This document shows, piece after piece, positions 39,679-57,430 of a stretch of DNA of 64,000 nucleotides. Below the pieces are notes generated by a model. That model saw only the letters and a list, made by a program, of their open reading frames with translations. It was not told where the DNA came from and did not search any database. The DNA lies in the NCBI RefSeq assembly GCF_009914755.1, contig NC_060939.1, one strand, 5' to 3'. The number at the start of each line of letters is the position of its first letter. Positions within the stretch are counted from its first letter, which is position 1. The DNA comes from the human T2T-CHM13v2.0 reference genome, Homo sapiens. The position numbers were made by a program, and so were the translations under genes.

Positions 39679-40329
39679 GTAATTACTGGAGCTCTGCTCC
39701 TGTAGAGATGACGGGGAGGAGGCTGGGGACTTGGGGCAATTTCATAGAAGCTGAAGATCTGGTGCAGGTCAAAAGTGGCAGGTGATGCAGTGACTGAGAG
39801 TGGGGGTCTGGGTATCAAACAGACTTTCAGCTCTAAGAACTCGGGCCACTCACTTAACTCCTCTGAGCTCCAATTTTCTCATGAGTGGCTAGGGACACGG
39901 CTGACATCATAACTAATATTTACTGAGCACTTATGTGTCAGGCCCTGTGCTTAACACCCTTCGTATATTCTCCTGCTGATCCCTACACGGTATGTGCAAT
40001 ATTATCTTCCCATTTTACAGATGAGGAACTGAGGCACAGGGAGATTTCAGTTAGTTGCTGAACTAAGATTTGAAGCAAAACAGTCCAGCTTCTGAGCCTG
40101 AGCTCTCAACCCTTTGCCATACGTGGGAGGAAGATGGCACCATAAGCCCCAGAAAGTGTCTCTCTCATAGTTTGAGAATGAGCTTCCAGCCCCTTCCTGG
40201 GAGATATCCTGACCACCGTTTGGTCATCCTTCTCTTTGCTGTAACCTGGCACAGTGCCCTCAAAGGACCTCTGTCCTTGGCATTGAATGCTCTTGCCCCT
40301 TTGTCCTGGGGCAGCCTGACTGGGGCTGA

Positions 40330-40623
<294 letters not shown>

Positions 40624-42445
40624 TGAGGCTGCTTGCCCACTGAGTGGACATGCCAGGCATGCAGACCATCAGGAGGGAAGCTCTGTGCCCACGGCATGCC
40701 CACAGCAGAGTGCCTGGGAGTTCCTGGCCACGATTACTTCCAGGCAGCCAGGGCATCATTCTCCCTTGTGGTTTCCCTGGCCCTGGCACAGTTCTTGGAG
40801 AAAACACAGAATTTTGTAACCTTAAGAATCTTGCAAGACCCGGGGGATCTGGCCAGTTGGCAGGAGGAGTCCCTGCAGGTACCAACATTGCACAACCTCC
40901 CAGGTGGCCATCAAATCTTGTTCTGTGCAAATGGCGCCACCTGGACCCCAACTCATAGAATGCAGCTTGGAGCCCAGCAACAGGGAGTCCCTGCAGCCTC
41001 TGGTTCCCAGCACCGCTTGGTCTACCACTGGGTCTAGGCCTTGACCCCTGGTTCCAGTCCTCCCTTCTCAGCCTGTTGCAATCTGCCCCACTCCATCACT
41101 GGCAACACCTGGCCAGAGTCACCTGTGACCCGATAGTCAGTGTCATGACCTTGTGTCCCCTTCAGCATGGACTTCCTGTGGCCCCTCACTCTTGTTGGCA
41201 TTCCCTCACCCCTTGGTTTCTGGCATGTGACCTGTCCTCGTTCTCCAGTGTCTCTGAGTCCTCACGATGCCCCTCTCCAATTCTGACCTCCCTGTGGGGA
41301 TCCAGGCTGAGCTCCCAGCCATTTGCACATCCTCGCTTGAGCATCTCACCACGCATTTGCTGGGGGCCTCTACCAACACCCGGTGCTGGTCCTGCACCCA
41401 CACTGCTCTCCCGTGCTCCTCTGCCTCTGGGGTCATCTCATGTTTGCTGTGCTACAAACAACCCTGAGGTCTTTCCTTGCAAGCCAGTTCTAGTGAAGTC
41501 CTGTGGGGCTTTCACCCTCATCCCTTGCTCTCTCCTCGCTGCTCCCTACCACAGCACCCCCTGCCCACCCTGGTCATTTTCAGTCGCCAGGACTTGACTT
41601 TCTCTCTAGCTGGCAGCGGCCTTGTCTAGTCTCCCTAGGGCTGCAAGGCCACAGCCTCTCTTTGCTTGTCCTCCAGTCATCTGCCTTCTTCCGGGTCGGT
41701 CATCACAGGGTTTTGCCTGCCTTCCTCTGTGCCAGCCCTTCCCCAACACCATTTAGGTACAACACTACTATTCCCCCTCTGAACTATTATTTACTTAATG
41801 TTTTCCTTCAGAGTGGCTCCCAGTTTAAACTTAATATATTAAGAAGGGAACTTTATATTCCTACTGGCATCACTAGCTACACTGTTTCATAACCATTAGT
41901 ATCACCAAAAACGATCTCATGTCCCGTGGGTGACTCATGTACCATGCTTTGGAAAACACTGCTTTTGGCCGGAGTGCAGGCGTTCTGGCCCAGCCATCCA
42001 AGTTGCCTCCCTAGCTGGCTCCAGCACCAGCCAGGGCTGTCTACTTCTGTTGTGACCCCTCTGCCTTCCAGGGGCCCTGCAATGCGCTTTCAGGCCCAGC
42101 CTTTCCTCACAGGCCAGGCTTTGTTCTCCATCTCGGCCTGTCTGCTGCCCATCTTCCCTTTCTCTCCCCTCCTGTGGCTTTCAGGAACATCTCTGGTTTG
42201 GCTCCTGTGACCTTTGACCTGCTGATGCCCCTTCCTTGGCTGCATTTCCTGGAGACCCACAGTATGATCCCCCTACTGCTATCCAGGGACACAGTGCTGG
42301 GTCCCTGGAGAGGGAATGCTCCTGCTGTCTCAGACCCTCTGCCTAGGGGAGCAGGTGCTGCTGGGGGCCTGGCTGGTATGGGGGCCCAGCCGGGTGAGCT
42401 CAGCCCACCTGCCAGTGACCTCTGTGCTGTGCTTTGCCCTCTCAG

Positions 42446-42521
42446 GACCCCAGGCCCCTGCCGTATCTGTGCCATGACGAGCCCTACACATTTGACATCA
42501 ACCTCTCTGTTAACCTGAAAG
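42446..42521 (+). CDS. FAH: FAH exon 10 ([25 protein letters not shown])
   Basis: tctcag|GAC ... AAG|gtatgt; 76 nt. Confidence 0.98.
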
Positions 42522-43429
42522 GTATGTTGTAGGGGGACTGACATGGCCAGGAGCTCTGAGGCAATGTGTGCCTGTGTGCCTTGTCCTGAAGGCTCCTGAG
42601 CTTTGGCAAGGGTGAGGGCACGTGCTACAGCCCTGGAGATGTGTGTGGCTCGTCTAAAGGAAAGAGGAGGGGAGGGGAGGGGACACCCTGGTGCTCACTG
42701 GGAACCTAACTGGTCCCATAGGGCATTAACCCTGTCACTGAGCTCTCAGTGGTAGGGCTGAAAGGATGGAGTCCGGGACTTCCATCTTCTGCTTGAATCC
42801 CCTCCCCAGCCTCTCCAGGGGCTGCCTGGCTCCTGCTCACATATCGCCACTGACCCTCACTTCCGTGGTGGGTGGCACATTTCATTGAGTGCCTGTTTGA
42901 AAGCATGTCCTTGTGGGTCTGTTCGCTTGGCTGAGCCCCTGGGGCCACACAGAGCCAGCGCATCAAGACCCCAGATTCCCACCATGGGCCAGCCCTGAGT
43001 GTCTTGCAGACAGACCCGAGATCCCCACCCTGGGCCAGCCCTGACATAGACAGGGCCCACATCTCCCTGTGGCTGCTCAGCCCGCCTCCGCGAACAGGCC
43101 CAATGGGGCGTTGGTAATAAAGAGACTGGCTCTGCAGGCCATGACTCTGCTGCTCAGCTGTGGGACTTTGGGCAAGTTGCCAAACCTGGCCATGTCCTCA
43201 TTTGTCATCTATGAAATGGGATAATAGCGGCGTTGACCTCATGGTGTGTTGTGAGGACCAAACATGTCAATTCATGCAAAGGTCTGGGACAGGGTCTGTA
43301 CCTAGAAAGAGTCAGGTGTCATTTTCCAATCCCAACGGGGGCCCTCGGATGGGGAGGGTTTGCCTGGTGGCCACACACAGACCTCCTAGCCACACTCTGG
43401 CCAAATCTCCTTTTTAGCTCCATTCCATT

Positions 43430-43745
43430 CCTTTTTCTTTTCTTTTCTTCTTTTTTTTTCCCCCGAGATGGAGTTTCACTCTTCTTGCCCAGGCTGGAGT
43501 GCAATGGTGCGATCTTGGCTCACCACAACCTCTGCTCCTGGGTTCAAGCGAGTCTTCTGCCTCAGCCTCCTGTGTAGCTGGGATTACAGGCATGCGCCAC
43601 CATGCCTGGCTAATTTTGTATTTTTAGTAGAGATGGGGTTTCTTCATGTTGGTCAGGATGGTCTTGAACTCCTGACCTTAGGTGGTCTACCCACCTAGGT
43701 CTTCCAAAGTGCTGGGATTACAGGCGTGAGCCACCATGCCCGGCC
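43430..43745 (-). mobile_element. Antisense Alu
   Basis: Reverse Alu; TSD AGCTCCATT. Confidence 0.93.
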
Positions 43746-44944
43746 AGCTCCATTTCTTTCTTCTGTCTGCTCTGTCTGTACACGCCAGGCTTTGCCATGT
43801 CTGTCTCACTGTCAGTTCCAGGGTCTCGGCCCTTCATGAGGTGGTTCCTGTCAGGAGGCGCAGTACACTGCAGGAGCTGTCGCCATGGGAGCAGGATGCT
43901 CCATGGAGAAAGAGCTGTCACAGAGAGCCTCCTGGCTGCCCAGGGCCCTCTGGGAAGCTGTGCTGGGCCCGCTCTTTCAGGTTCCAGGTCAGGAAGCTGA
44001 GGCTCAGAGAGGAAAAGGATTCACCCTGAGCCACCTACCTGGCTAATGGCAGGGCTGGGACTCAATCCAAGTGTGTCACAAGTTCTAGGTTGGCCTCCTG
44101 CCACCCACAATGTGTGCTTGGTGTATACTTTCTATCTGGTTTTGTCCTCAGTATTCCTGGCTGCCTAGAGGTGAACCTGCCCGCCCGGGGGAGGCCACTG
44201 GTAGAAAAGGGACAAGATTATCCAGAAAGCACAGTGTCCAGAGATGTAGTCCTGCATTTGCAGTTCTGATGTTCTGAGTTGGGATCTGGGCGAAAGGGTC
44301 TGGGGAGGAGCAGCCTTGGCAGACCCAGACCTCGCATGGCTGAAGAGCACACCTGTTCTGTGCCACCTCAGAGGGGAAGTTAGGACCAAGGGAGGAAGCC
44401 AGGTTTTGAGGGAGCAGAGGAGCTTTCTACTTATTAGTGCTGTTCAGAAGTGGAACGGCAACAGCCCGGTACCTTGCATGTAGTAGATGTTTAGTAAATA
44501 TTGTTTAGTACGTTGTGAAGTGGCACACTGCCCATCACTGGAGGAGCTCGGCAGGGGACAGATGACCCAGCTATCCAGAGGACTCCTGAGGGGACAGCAG
44601 GTTATCCTTGATCAAAGGTCACAAGTAGCTTTCAAATGGCACACTATCTTCAGTGGATTTGCGGGTGCCAGGATCACTGTGTTAAGAAGGATTCTGAGGC
44701 TACATATGGACTCAGAGCAAACATGTGCTGTGATCAATTAATGCTGCCTGCTGTAGGCGTGGGAGGAGGAAGTGATGACTTGTGTGCATGTATTGGCCAA
44801 CCCTGGACCTCCCAGCTCTGATGTCCTAGGAGCTAATTGTTTCACAGACTCTAAGTGAAATCATGTTGGACAATGGGAAGCTTCAGCCACAGAACAATTC
44901 TTTTTTTATTTTCCTCCCTGATGCATGGAATTAAGTTTTCATCA

Positions 44945-46720
<1,776 letters not shown>

Positions 46721-47470
46721 GTTTCTTGGCCTTTTGAATATCCTCTGAATCATTGAACTATTTCTAGTTTCCCTAATTTCCCTTCTAATTTAATATTATT
46801 CTGGGCTCCTTAGGGCTAGTAAGAAGAAATTAAGGGGCCTCCTTGCAGGGGCTCGTGGGCAAGAATCCATCTTTTGGGTTTCCTATGCCGGGATGTGTGG
46901 CTGTAGGAATGGCAATGTGAGAAGCTGTGGCCTGGGACAGGCATGGGCGTGCATTGCATCTGAGCGTCTCGGTGGGCACGTGGTGCCTTGGCCCCCTCTG
47001 CCCACAGCCTGACCGCCCACAGCTCTCCCTCGCTCCTTGGCCTGCCCTGACATCGTGTTTGAATCGTTCAGCTCCATTGCCCAGTGTCCATCCCAAGGCC
47101 CGGCATGGGAGAATGGGAGCGAGGGCTTTGCTCACGAGAAGCCTCTGCTGTGGTGTGGACTTAGATTCTCCCAATACGGGACTGGAGGGTGTTCCCAGGG
47201 CAGAGTGGAGTGTTGTACACAAGGGCATGTTGCAGGCTGAGGGACTGAGCAGTAAGGTCAGCCCTTAGGGGATGCTGCTTGGAGAAGGTGGTCAGTGTGG
47301 GCTTGAGGTAGCAGAGGAGCTGAGGTTGGAGCTTGTGAAGGAGATGGAAGAGCTTGGGGGAGGTCTCTGGGCAGCTCCCCAGGAGGACAATGTGTCCTTA
47401 CTATAAGGGACTGGAGAGAGCTGGCTGGGGGAGCTGGGGACCGGGGAAAGGCCAGGGAAGGCGGTCGTGA

Positions 47471-47674
<204 letters not shown>

Positions 47675-48406
47675 TGAGGGCTGCCCACGCAGAGCATCCC
47701 TGCTCCCCACACAGCCCCAAGGGCCCTCAGCTCAGCCTCGAGAAGAGATTTCAGGCCCGAGGTGGGTGTATCTCACAACTCTGTCTTCCTCGTAGCCTTT
47801 CTCTCTGGGTGCAGGAGGGACTTCTCATCCAAATTCAAACCTAAAGAGACTGGTGTGAGAACGGAAGCCTGGGTCTCTGCCTCTGTAGGGGAGCAGCGCA
47901 GTGACACGTGGGGAGGAGTCAGGAGACAGTGATAGTGTCTTGGTTGTCACCATCTCACACTACACCCTCCCAGGATGAGGTGGCCATGCTGCTGTGCCCC
48001 TTCCCACCCGCTTGTCCCCCTGTAAGCCTGCGGGAGTCACAGAACCTTCAGAGATGATGACCTTGGGGTGGTGCATGTGTCACTCACTTCCTGCAGGGGG
48101 CTGGCCGAGCCCTCTTGTTCCTTGAGCTGTCGACAGGAGGGTGTTAAGCATCACGATATCTGGGCAAACTGCAGCCTCCAGAGCAGGGAGGGGATGCTGC
48201 AGGGGGCACTGGGCACTCTGGTCAGGGATTCACTGATTCCTAAACAAGCGATGTCCTTAGTGGAACCATTGCTGTCCCCACAGGAAGAAGGGGCAGAGTT
48301 CCATGTCTCAAAGGCATCTCTGCAGTGATCCCACCAAGGCCGAGGCAGGGTCTCTGAGGGGCATGAGGGCCCCCTGCCACTTCTCGGGACTCCCAGGTCT
48401 TGCTGA

Positions 48407-48646
<240 letters not shown>

Positions 48647-49098
48647 TAGCTGCGGGGCGCTCCTACCTGGCCATGAAGCCATCTGTTCTCACGCATCCTG
48701 ACTCTGCCTCCCAGAGTCTCTGCCTGCTTGTTCTGTCCTTCCCCACAGCTATGGCTACCCGGGACTTCAAGTGTGAGTCTCCCTAGGCCAGAAAGACTGT
48801 AGACATTCTGCTTGGTCTCCCTTCTCCCTGAGCATAGTTATAAAATACTGGCAGGTTCCTCAAGGTCTAGACTTTGCAGCAAACGCCCTGTGCAGACACT
48901 TGGTGACCTATGACTAGGATCAAGGAAGGTTCAGCTGAGTTAGTGACTGAGGCTTCGCAGCAGCCTGTTCCAAGGAGGTGAGGGTGCCTCTTAATTCTTC
49001 TGGGGGTGCCATTCTGCCTACCACATTTTACTAATAGAGGGAAAGGGCACCATAATGGTTAGCAGCACACTCTTTAGAGCTGGAAAGGTTCAAGTTGA

Positions 49099-49780
<682 letters not shown>

Positions 49781-52700
49781 CAGAGCTCTTGGAGAGCAAA
49801 GTTTAGTCCAAGTAGCAGCCACATAGTGCATGCCCAGTGTGGCTGTTGGTTAGTTCTTTGAATAAAGTGGATTTGGTAGAGAAGATGCAGGCAGAGCTCA
49901 AAACAGCAGATGATACCCATTATTAATCAATAAATACCCATTTTGCTCCCATTTCTGCAGCCTAATTATACCTCTCTAATTTGAATTTGACTATTTACTG
50001 AACATCTGCTAGGAGCCAACCATATTGCAGGCATGTCCACCTTCCTTATTTCATTTTCTACTCACAATAGCCCTTTGATGATATAATATCATTGCCCCCA
50101 TTTTGCAGAGTCGAAAACTTAGGCTGATAGAAGGCAGGTTACTTGACAAAAGTCCCACAACTGGGGAAGCCAGTCTGCAACTGAGGTCTTCTGATTCCCC
50201 TGCCAAGTTTGTTTCTAGTCTTTCTGCAATGCTTGCCAGACCTACCGCAGGCCTTTGGTCACGGTTCTGTGGATTGAGTGAAAGCATTTTCTGAAGTTTT
50301 GATTTGGGGAAAGGAAGGAAAGAGATGGTGGCAGAAGAGAAAATGATGGCTTTAACTCTCTGTTGTCAGTGTGATAAGGGCCCCTGACTAAGCCATGCTA
50401 GACCAGGCAGCTGTCCAGGGCCTGGGAGAAAGGAGGCTGGTATCTAGCAGTTGGAATGCACATGTGTTCTTGACATTTGAGCCAGAGAAGGAAGGAGAAA
50501 GGAGCCAAGATGCCATGAGAGTCATTTCCATGTTTGTTTGTGTATACAACGCCTTACTCCGGAAGGATTTTTGGAGGCCAGCAGAGGAATTCAGGGAAAG
50601 GCAGTTCCTTGGATCTGAAGAAGCACATGTTGGCAAGTGAAGAGGGAAATGGGAACAGATGGGCAAAATCCCCTGGAACCAAGAAAGAAGAATTATAATT
50701 TGCTAAGAGGAGAGGCATACATTATGTGTTCATAAAAAGAAAAAAGAGAATTTCATACAGAAGGGGACCACTGAAAAACTCAAAAGAATGCATATTGCTA
50801 GAATTTGGGCTAAGCAGGGGGTAAGCAGAGGAGCGGGCAGGTGGAGGTGGTGTGTCAGCTGTGTTACCTTGTGCAAAGGTTCCCCGCATTGGCGGACGGC
50901 TCTGCCCTCACCTTCTACGACTTCACTGGTCACGTGGCCCTGCTGAGCTGCTTTCTTGCTTGAAAGCCACACATGGTTTCTTCAGCTCTTCCCGGCTTTC
51001 CTCCTCCTTCTCTGCACCTGCTCAGATGCCTTTATGGCTGCCTCTCATTTCCCTGCTTGCTCTTCACGGATGCTCCTTCCCCAAATCAATTTCTAACCAT
51101 TGGAAACGCGATAGAACATTCAGAAGTGCTGGCATCAGCCAACGCCGCAGCACTTACTGCAGGCCAGACACTGTGCCAAGTGCTTTACCTGCAATACATT
51201 TTCTATTCCAAACAAGGCAGCTACTCTTACTGTCTCTATTTTTCAGATGTGGAAACTGAGGCCCAGAAAGATGCATACTTACCCAGGATCACACAGGCGA
51301 TAAAGGGTAGAGCCAGGGTTTGAACACAGGCAGTTGGGCTCCAGGAGCTGTGCTCTGAACCCTTGTGTCCTGTTGCCTCTTTAAATGGCGCGATGAAATT
51401 CTCATTTCTGAGAGAGTCCAAAAACCACAAAATGTTCAGCAAGAGAACAGGTGAAGTAAACAAACCAAAAATATCAACAAAAATCTCTGATCGTCTTGGT
51501 TTAACTCATCCATCCCCTAGTCTCGCTCACAAACCCCATCTGGTGTTGAGCTTGCAACTTGCAAGGATGTGTTCTCGCAGGCATTTGCACGGATGGCTCT
51601 GCACTGCTGGACACATGCATTTCTCACTCTCCTTCAGATCTTTGATTTGTTGATAGTTATGATTTGTTGTGGATTCTTTCTTGGTATCTGACATTATTTG
51701 GAAACAATATCTGAGCAAAAGTCTTTCGTTTCTTGCCCTGCGTCTCTCAGTGGTGGCGTCTTTCACCTGGTGTTCCTGTGTCTCTGTTTATTCCAGTTTC
51801 TCTCCCCAGCATTATTGCTTGCCTTGCCTGGCACAGAATTCCTGCGCAAGGCTGACCAGGGGTCCCAGGGTGTAGAAGCGGTGACCCTTCTCCTTCAGGA
51901 CCATGGTTGGGAGAGACTCTTTAAAAATGCTGCAGTTCCGAGTTAGTTGTTTTGATAGATGTTTAATAAATTTCTGCTGGGAGCCAGTTTTACTTTAATA
52001 GGCTTTTTTTTTCACCCCAGTGGTGTGGATATTTCTGAGCATTGAGGTGGAAAAGAGACTGACAGAAAATAATGAAAATGAGCAACAGAATAGGTGAGGT
52101 CGTTGCTCTCGACAAAGGGCATCCCTGCATGTTGTCAGCATGTGGGTCACGGGGCTTCTTAGGGCCCCCCAAAGGACAGCCTCACTGAACAGATGTGACA
52201 AATGCATCTCGTGCCTGAGTGTCTGAGCCTTTGCACGTGTTCTTCCCTCTGTCTGGAATGGCATTTTCATGTGTCTTCCCTAATGAACTCCTAGCTACCC
52301 GTCAAGGCCCAGCTAAGATATCCCCCCTTCCTGCTCCCTTTCCCTCCATGCTGCTCGCTCAGCACCTTGTAAGCATTTCTCTGTATCTCTCGTCTGGACC
52401 TCCCACTCCCTCTAAGTGGACCCCTCTCAAGGGCAGAGATGGGCTTCTCTCTGCTTTTCCATCATCCTTGTTGAAATGGAATTAAATGAAGGAAACTAAT
52501 ATTTATTAGTTTCTGAGATGTGCTGGGAATTTCACTGAAATATTTAGTCTAATCCTTACAACCTTGAGAGATAAGCGTTGTTTTTCTTGTTTGCAGATGA
52601 GGGAGGTGAGTTCTGAAGTCAAACAGCTTGTTCCCAGCCACCCAGCTCATAATGGTTGTAATGACTGACACTTACAGGGAATTTCAAATAGGGACTGGAG

Positions 52701-52931
52701 GCTGTTCTCAGAGTTTTCTATGCATTTGCTCCCATCATCCTTGCAGCAGTCCTGTGCGGTGGGCACTATCATAAGATCCATTGCACAGATGAAGAAACTG
52801 AGGTCTAGAGGGACCCAAGGTTACAGAGCCAATAAGTAGAGGAGCCAGGCTTTGACCTCAGGCATTCTGGCTTCAGGCTAATTGGCAGAGCGAGGATTTG
52901 AACCCAAACCCATGTGGGGAGAGTTGACCAC

Positions 52932-53292
52932 TGTATTAGTCTGTTTTCACACTGCTGATAAAGACATTCCTGAGACTGGGTAATTCATAAAGAAAGAGAG
53001 GTTTAATGGACTCACAGTTCCACATGGCTGGGGAGGCCTCACAATCATAGTGGAAGGCAAAAGGCATGTCTTACATGGTGGCAGGCAAGAGAGAATGAGA
53101 GCCAAGTGAAAGGAGAAACCGCTTATAAAAACATCAGATCTCATGAGACTTCTTCACTACCATGAGAACAGTATGGAGGAAACCGCTCCATGATTCAATT
53201 ATCTCCCACTGTGTACCTCCCACAACACATGGGAATTATGGGAGCTATAATTCAAAATGAGGTTTGGCGGGGGACAGAGCCAAACCATATTA
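52932..53292 (-). mobile_element. THE1-type MaLR solo LTR in the last FAH intron
   Basis: tgtattagtctgttttcacactgctgataaagacat...agccaaaccatat; 361 bp; near-perfect 5-bp TSD ACCAC/GCCAC. Confidence 0.9.
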
Positions 53293-53536
53293 GCCACAGG
53301 AAAGCTGTTGAGCCTTGCAGTGCTTCTGAGGATCCCTGGCTGTGGGGTGGGCCCGGGTTCTAGTCCAAGGGCTCCTGCGTGCAACTCTGCCCAGCTTCCG
53401 TGGAGGGTTATTCTTGTGTTTAAGATATGTGTGTGTGATTCTGATGGCACCTTCCTGCCTCGGGCCAGCTGTGTGCTGACGGGCACTGCCGCTGCCTAGG
53501 TGTTGGTTCCGGTGAGCCCAGCAACTTTGTGACTGA

Positions 53537-53638
<102 letters not shown>

Positions 53639-53741
53639 GATTTTCTCTGCTCTTCTGGAAACAAAGGGCTCAAGCACCCCTTTCAACCCTGTGACTGGGG
53701 TCCTCCCTCGGGCTGTAGGCCTGGTCCGCCATTCAGTGACA

Positions 53742-53747
53742 AATAAA
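53742..53747 (+). terminator. FAH poly(A) signal
   Basis: AATAAA about 100 nt after the stop codon. Confidence 0.88.
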
Positions 53748-53966
53748 GCCATTGTGCTCTGAGGCCTGCACTGCCGCAGATGCAGCTGTGTCCACTTATG
53801 ATCGTGATTTGATCCAGTGGGTCAAGGTGTGTAAAGCCTCCCTGCCAGATATTCATTAATATGTTTTCTCACTCTTATTAGTGAGGTCAGGGGTCTTTGT
53901 GGGATTTTCTTATTAGACATCCCAGGCCTCCTGGTATTCCATGGAATTTGAAAAGAGACTGGCACC

Positions 53967-54375
53967 TGTAGTAGTCAGGGCTCTCCAGAGAAATAGAACC
54001 AAGGAGAAAGAGATCGATTTATTGATTGATTGATTGATTTTAAGCAAATTGGCTTCTGGGATTCTGGAGGGTGGCAAGCCCAAAACCTGCTGGGTGGGTT
54101 GCTGGCTGGAGACCCAAGGAAGAGCTGCAGTTTGAGTCTGAAGCAGTCTGCTGTCAAAATTTCCTCTTCCTCTGGGAAGTGAGTCATTGTTTGGTGAAGG
54201 CCATCAACTGATTAGATGAGGCCCAGCCACACTGTGGGGGTCTTCTGCTTTACTCCACTGATTTAAGTTTTATTTCACCTAAAAAGTACTTTCTTAGAAA
54301 CATGTAGAATAGCATTTGAGCAAATATTTGGGTACCTTAGTCTAGCCAAATTAATACAGAAAACTGCCCATCACA
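53967..54375 (-). mobile_element. MLT2-type (ERVL) solo LTR
   Basis: tgtagtagtcagggctctccagagaa...catcaca; perfect 5-bp TSD GCACC at 53962-53966 and 54376-54380. Confidence 0.87.
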
Positions 54376-54756
54376 GCACCCTGCATGTCCAGTGTTTCTT
54401 GGGGCTAACGGATGAGCACATATGGGTTGTAGGCTTGGTTCATGGGCCCCGTGGCTGCGTCTCCACACTGTAAGCCTTGGGAAGAGCCTCCGAGTCATGG
54501 GTGAGCACCTGAACTGTGATGATGGCAGAAAAGGACCTAGCTTTTCACCTCTTGCAAGCCCACCAGAGTCAGGAGAGTGAGCTCTGCCCCATCTCTTCTG
54601 TCCCAACCCATTGCACACAGGCAGCCCTGGTTCTACCCTAGTTCCTTGGTGATGACAGCAGGGGAGTATGCCCTGCGACCTTTCCTGGGCCTGATGAGCC
54701 TTATACCGGGGCCTAGGGGGATAGTTGAGGATGCAGAGGGCTCCGTCAGATCGCAC

Positions 54757-55150
54757 CATTCATTCATTCACTCAACAAATCTTTATTGAGCACCTTCTGT
54801 GTGTTAAGCACTGTTCTAAGGATGAGAGGCACAGCAGTAAACAGAATAGCCCATTTGAAGCTTACATTCGAGTGGAAAGAGATAGACAATAAACAGATAA
54901 GGAAAAGACATGTGGTATGACAGATGGTAATAAGTTTTATGGACAATTGGGAGATGTGGATGCTATTGTTAATGTGGTTAGAGAAGGCCTTAATCCCATA
55001 GTACATTTCTGCTAGAGAGCTGAAGGAGTGAGGGGAGCAGGCCAGATGGATATCTGGGGACAGAGTCCTCCAGGCACAGGAATCAGCCCGTGCAAAGCCC
55101 TGAGGATGGAATATGCTTATCATTTCTAAAGAACATCAAGGAGGCTGGTA
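54757..55150 (-). mobile_element. L2 3' fragment
   Basis: cattcattcattcactcaacaaatctttattgagcacc, the reverse L2 terminus. Confidence 0.75.
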
Positions 55151-57064
55151 TTTCTTCCTTACATAAAAGCAACCTGGGGTCAGGAAGGCTGGAGTTAGTG
55201 TGGCAGCTGCACAGTGTCATTAAAGATACCTCTGCTCTGCCATCGTCGGTATGTGGTTTTTAGTCTCAGGGTTACATTATGATACAAAATGGCTGCTGGA
55301 GCTCCAACTAGTACATCTAAGTTCCAGGCCAGCAGAAAGAGACAACAAAGAGGTGAGGACTGGGAGGATGGAAGGGCAGAAGAGCCCTCCTTCCTCCTGA
55401 GTTAGGTCATTTTAAGCAGCTTTCCTGGTAGTCCCATACCACACATGTCTTAGATTTCATTGATGAGACACACCTCATTACAAGAAAGCCTGGAAATGTA
55501 GTCTTTCATCTAAACACATTGCTTGCCCTGTGAAAATTAGTTTGATTGCCCTAAAAGAAGGGGAGAATGGATACTGGGGGACAATTAGTAGTCTCTGCTA
55601 CACACAGGCTGGGAAATATCATGCTCTGAGGCTGAACTGCTCCCCGTGGACTTTACTTCCTAGAGCTATGCTCTAGGGCCATATTCTCCAGTGCTTTGCT
55701 GATTTCAGTGGAAATGCTGTATAGGGCAGATGTCAGCAGGATCTCCCAGATGCTACTTTCCAGATCAGTGATGCAAACACTTCTCTGAATTTGGAAGACC
55801 AAAGCCTTCCCCAGGATTTTTCTGAATTCCTGGGGCTTATGTTCCCAGGGCTACATCTGCTTCTGTTGACTCAGCTAAAACCCCTGCTCTCTAGGCTGTG
55901 TTCTGAGATTGTTCCTAAACCCTTCTCTCCTTGTTCCTAAAGCCTTCTCTCCCGGCATCAACCCACAGGAGTGACTCATCTTTTTCTCAAAGCCCTCACC
56001 TGCACATGGATAAAAGGCCCTCGTGCTCTGCACAGTAGGGCTTTACTGGAGATCTCTGGGTCACAGGCAAAGGTCACTTAAAATCATTGTTAATCCACTT
56101 GTTCCCACTGGCACCAGAGAATGCTGGTGTCATCAGTAGAGATCACACGCTTATCCCCTTGTTGGGCATTTAATGCACTTAAAGGGCTTGGTGATGTTGG
56201 GAAAACCCAATGGACCTGCCCCAGAGTCTGAAACACACACAGGGCAGAAAGAGCCAGAAACGTTCCTGGCATCAGATTCACTTAAGAAACCAAACTCATG
56301 GATGTTAATTCTGGGTCCAGCCTGGGCTTTACTTGGCAATTACTTTTCCTTAATCTTCAGCGACAAGAGCCTCTTTGTTTTACTGTCTCCGACTCCAGAA
56401 ATGCTCACTGCCAGCCCCACATGACAAGTGACTTTAATGGTCTTTAGTTTTGGAGATCTACTTTATTGAAACCTATCTGTGTGTAATAATATGAAATAGA
56501 CAAGAATGACTTTCAGGGTCAAATTTCCTCTTTTTGACAGTGATATTTTAAGGACTAGAAGCATTTTGACCAGATGAATGGAGCTTTCAGACGGGATGAT
56601 GAGCATCTCAAGGCAGGTTGGCCATAGTTATCACTATATCTTCCTTATTAATTTGTATTCCATTTATGCTTCCTGTTTTTAACCAGTGGTCCATTCGGAA
56701 TATGAATGGATGACTGTGAAACTGAGAGTAGAGTTCATTTGAAACTTTACCTGACCAGGAGGAGTCAGTCCAGAGGTGTTTCTGGCAAGATGGGGCCCAC
56801 TGCTGGTTTTATTGTAGGGTGGCAAGGGAGCTAGGCTCAGGGGCACGCTACTGCCCGGGGCCAGGGCAGGCACTAGGGGTTCCAGGGGCTGGGAGCCCCT
56901 GTCCCTATTGCAGAGGGGACTGGAGGAAGAGAAGCCTTGTTGCCCCCACCATGGGACTTCTCTGTCCTGAGGCCTCTCACACACATTGGTTTACCTTTGA
57001 AACACTGTACATTGAGAGCTCTCCTGAGGGTGAGTGTAGACTTGAACCAAGACAATGTTTTTGA

Positions 57065-57430
<366 letters not shown>

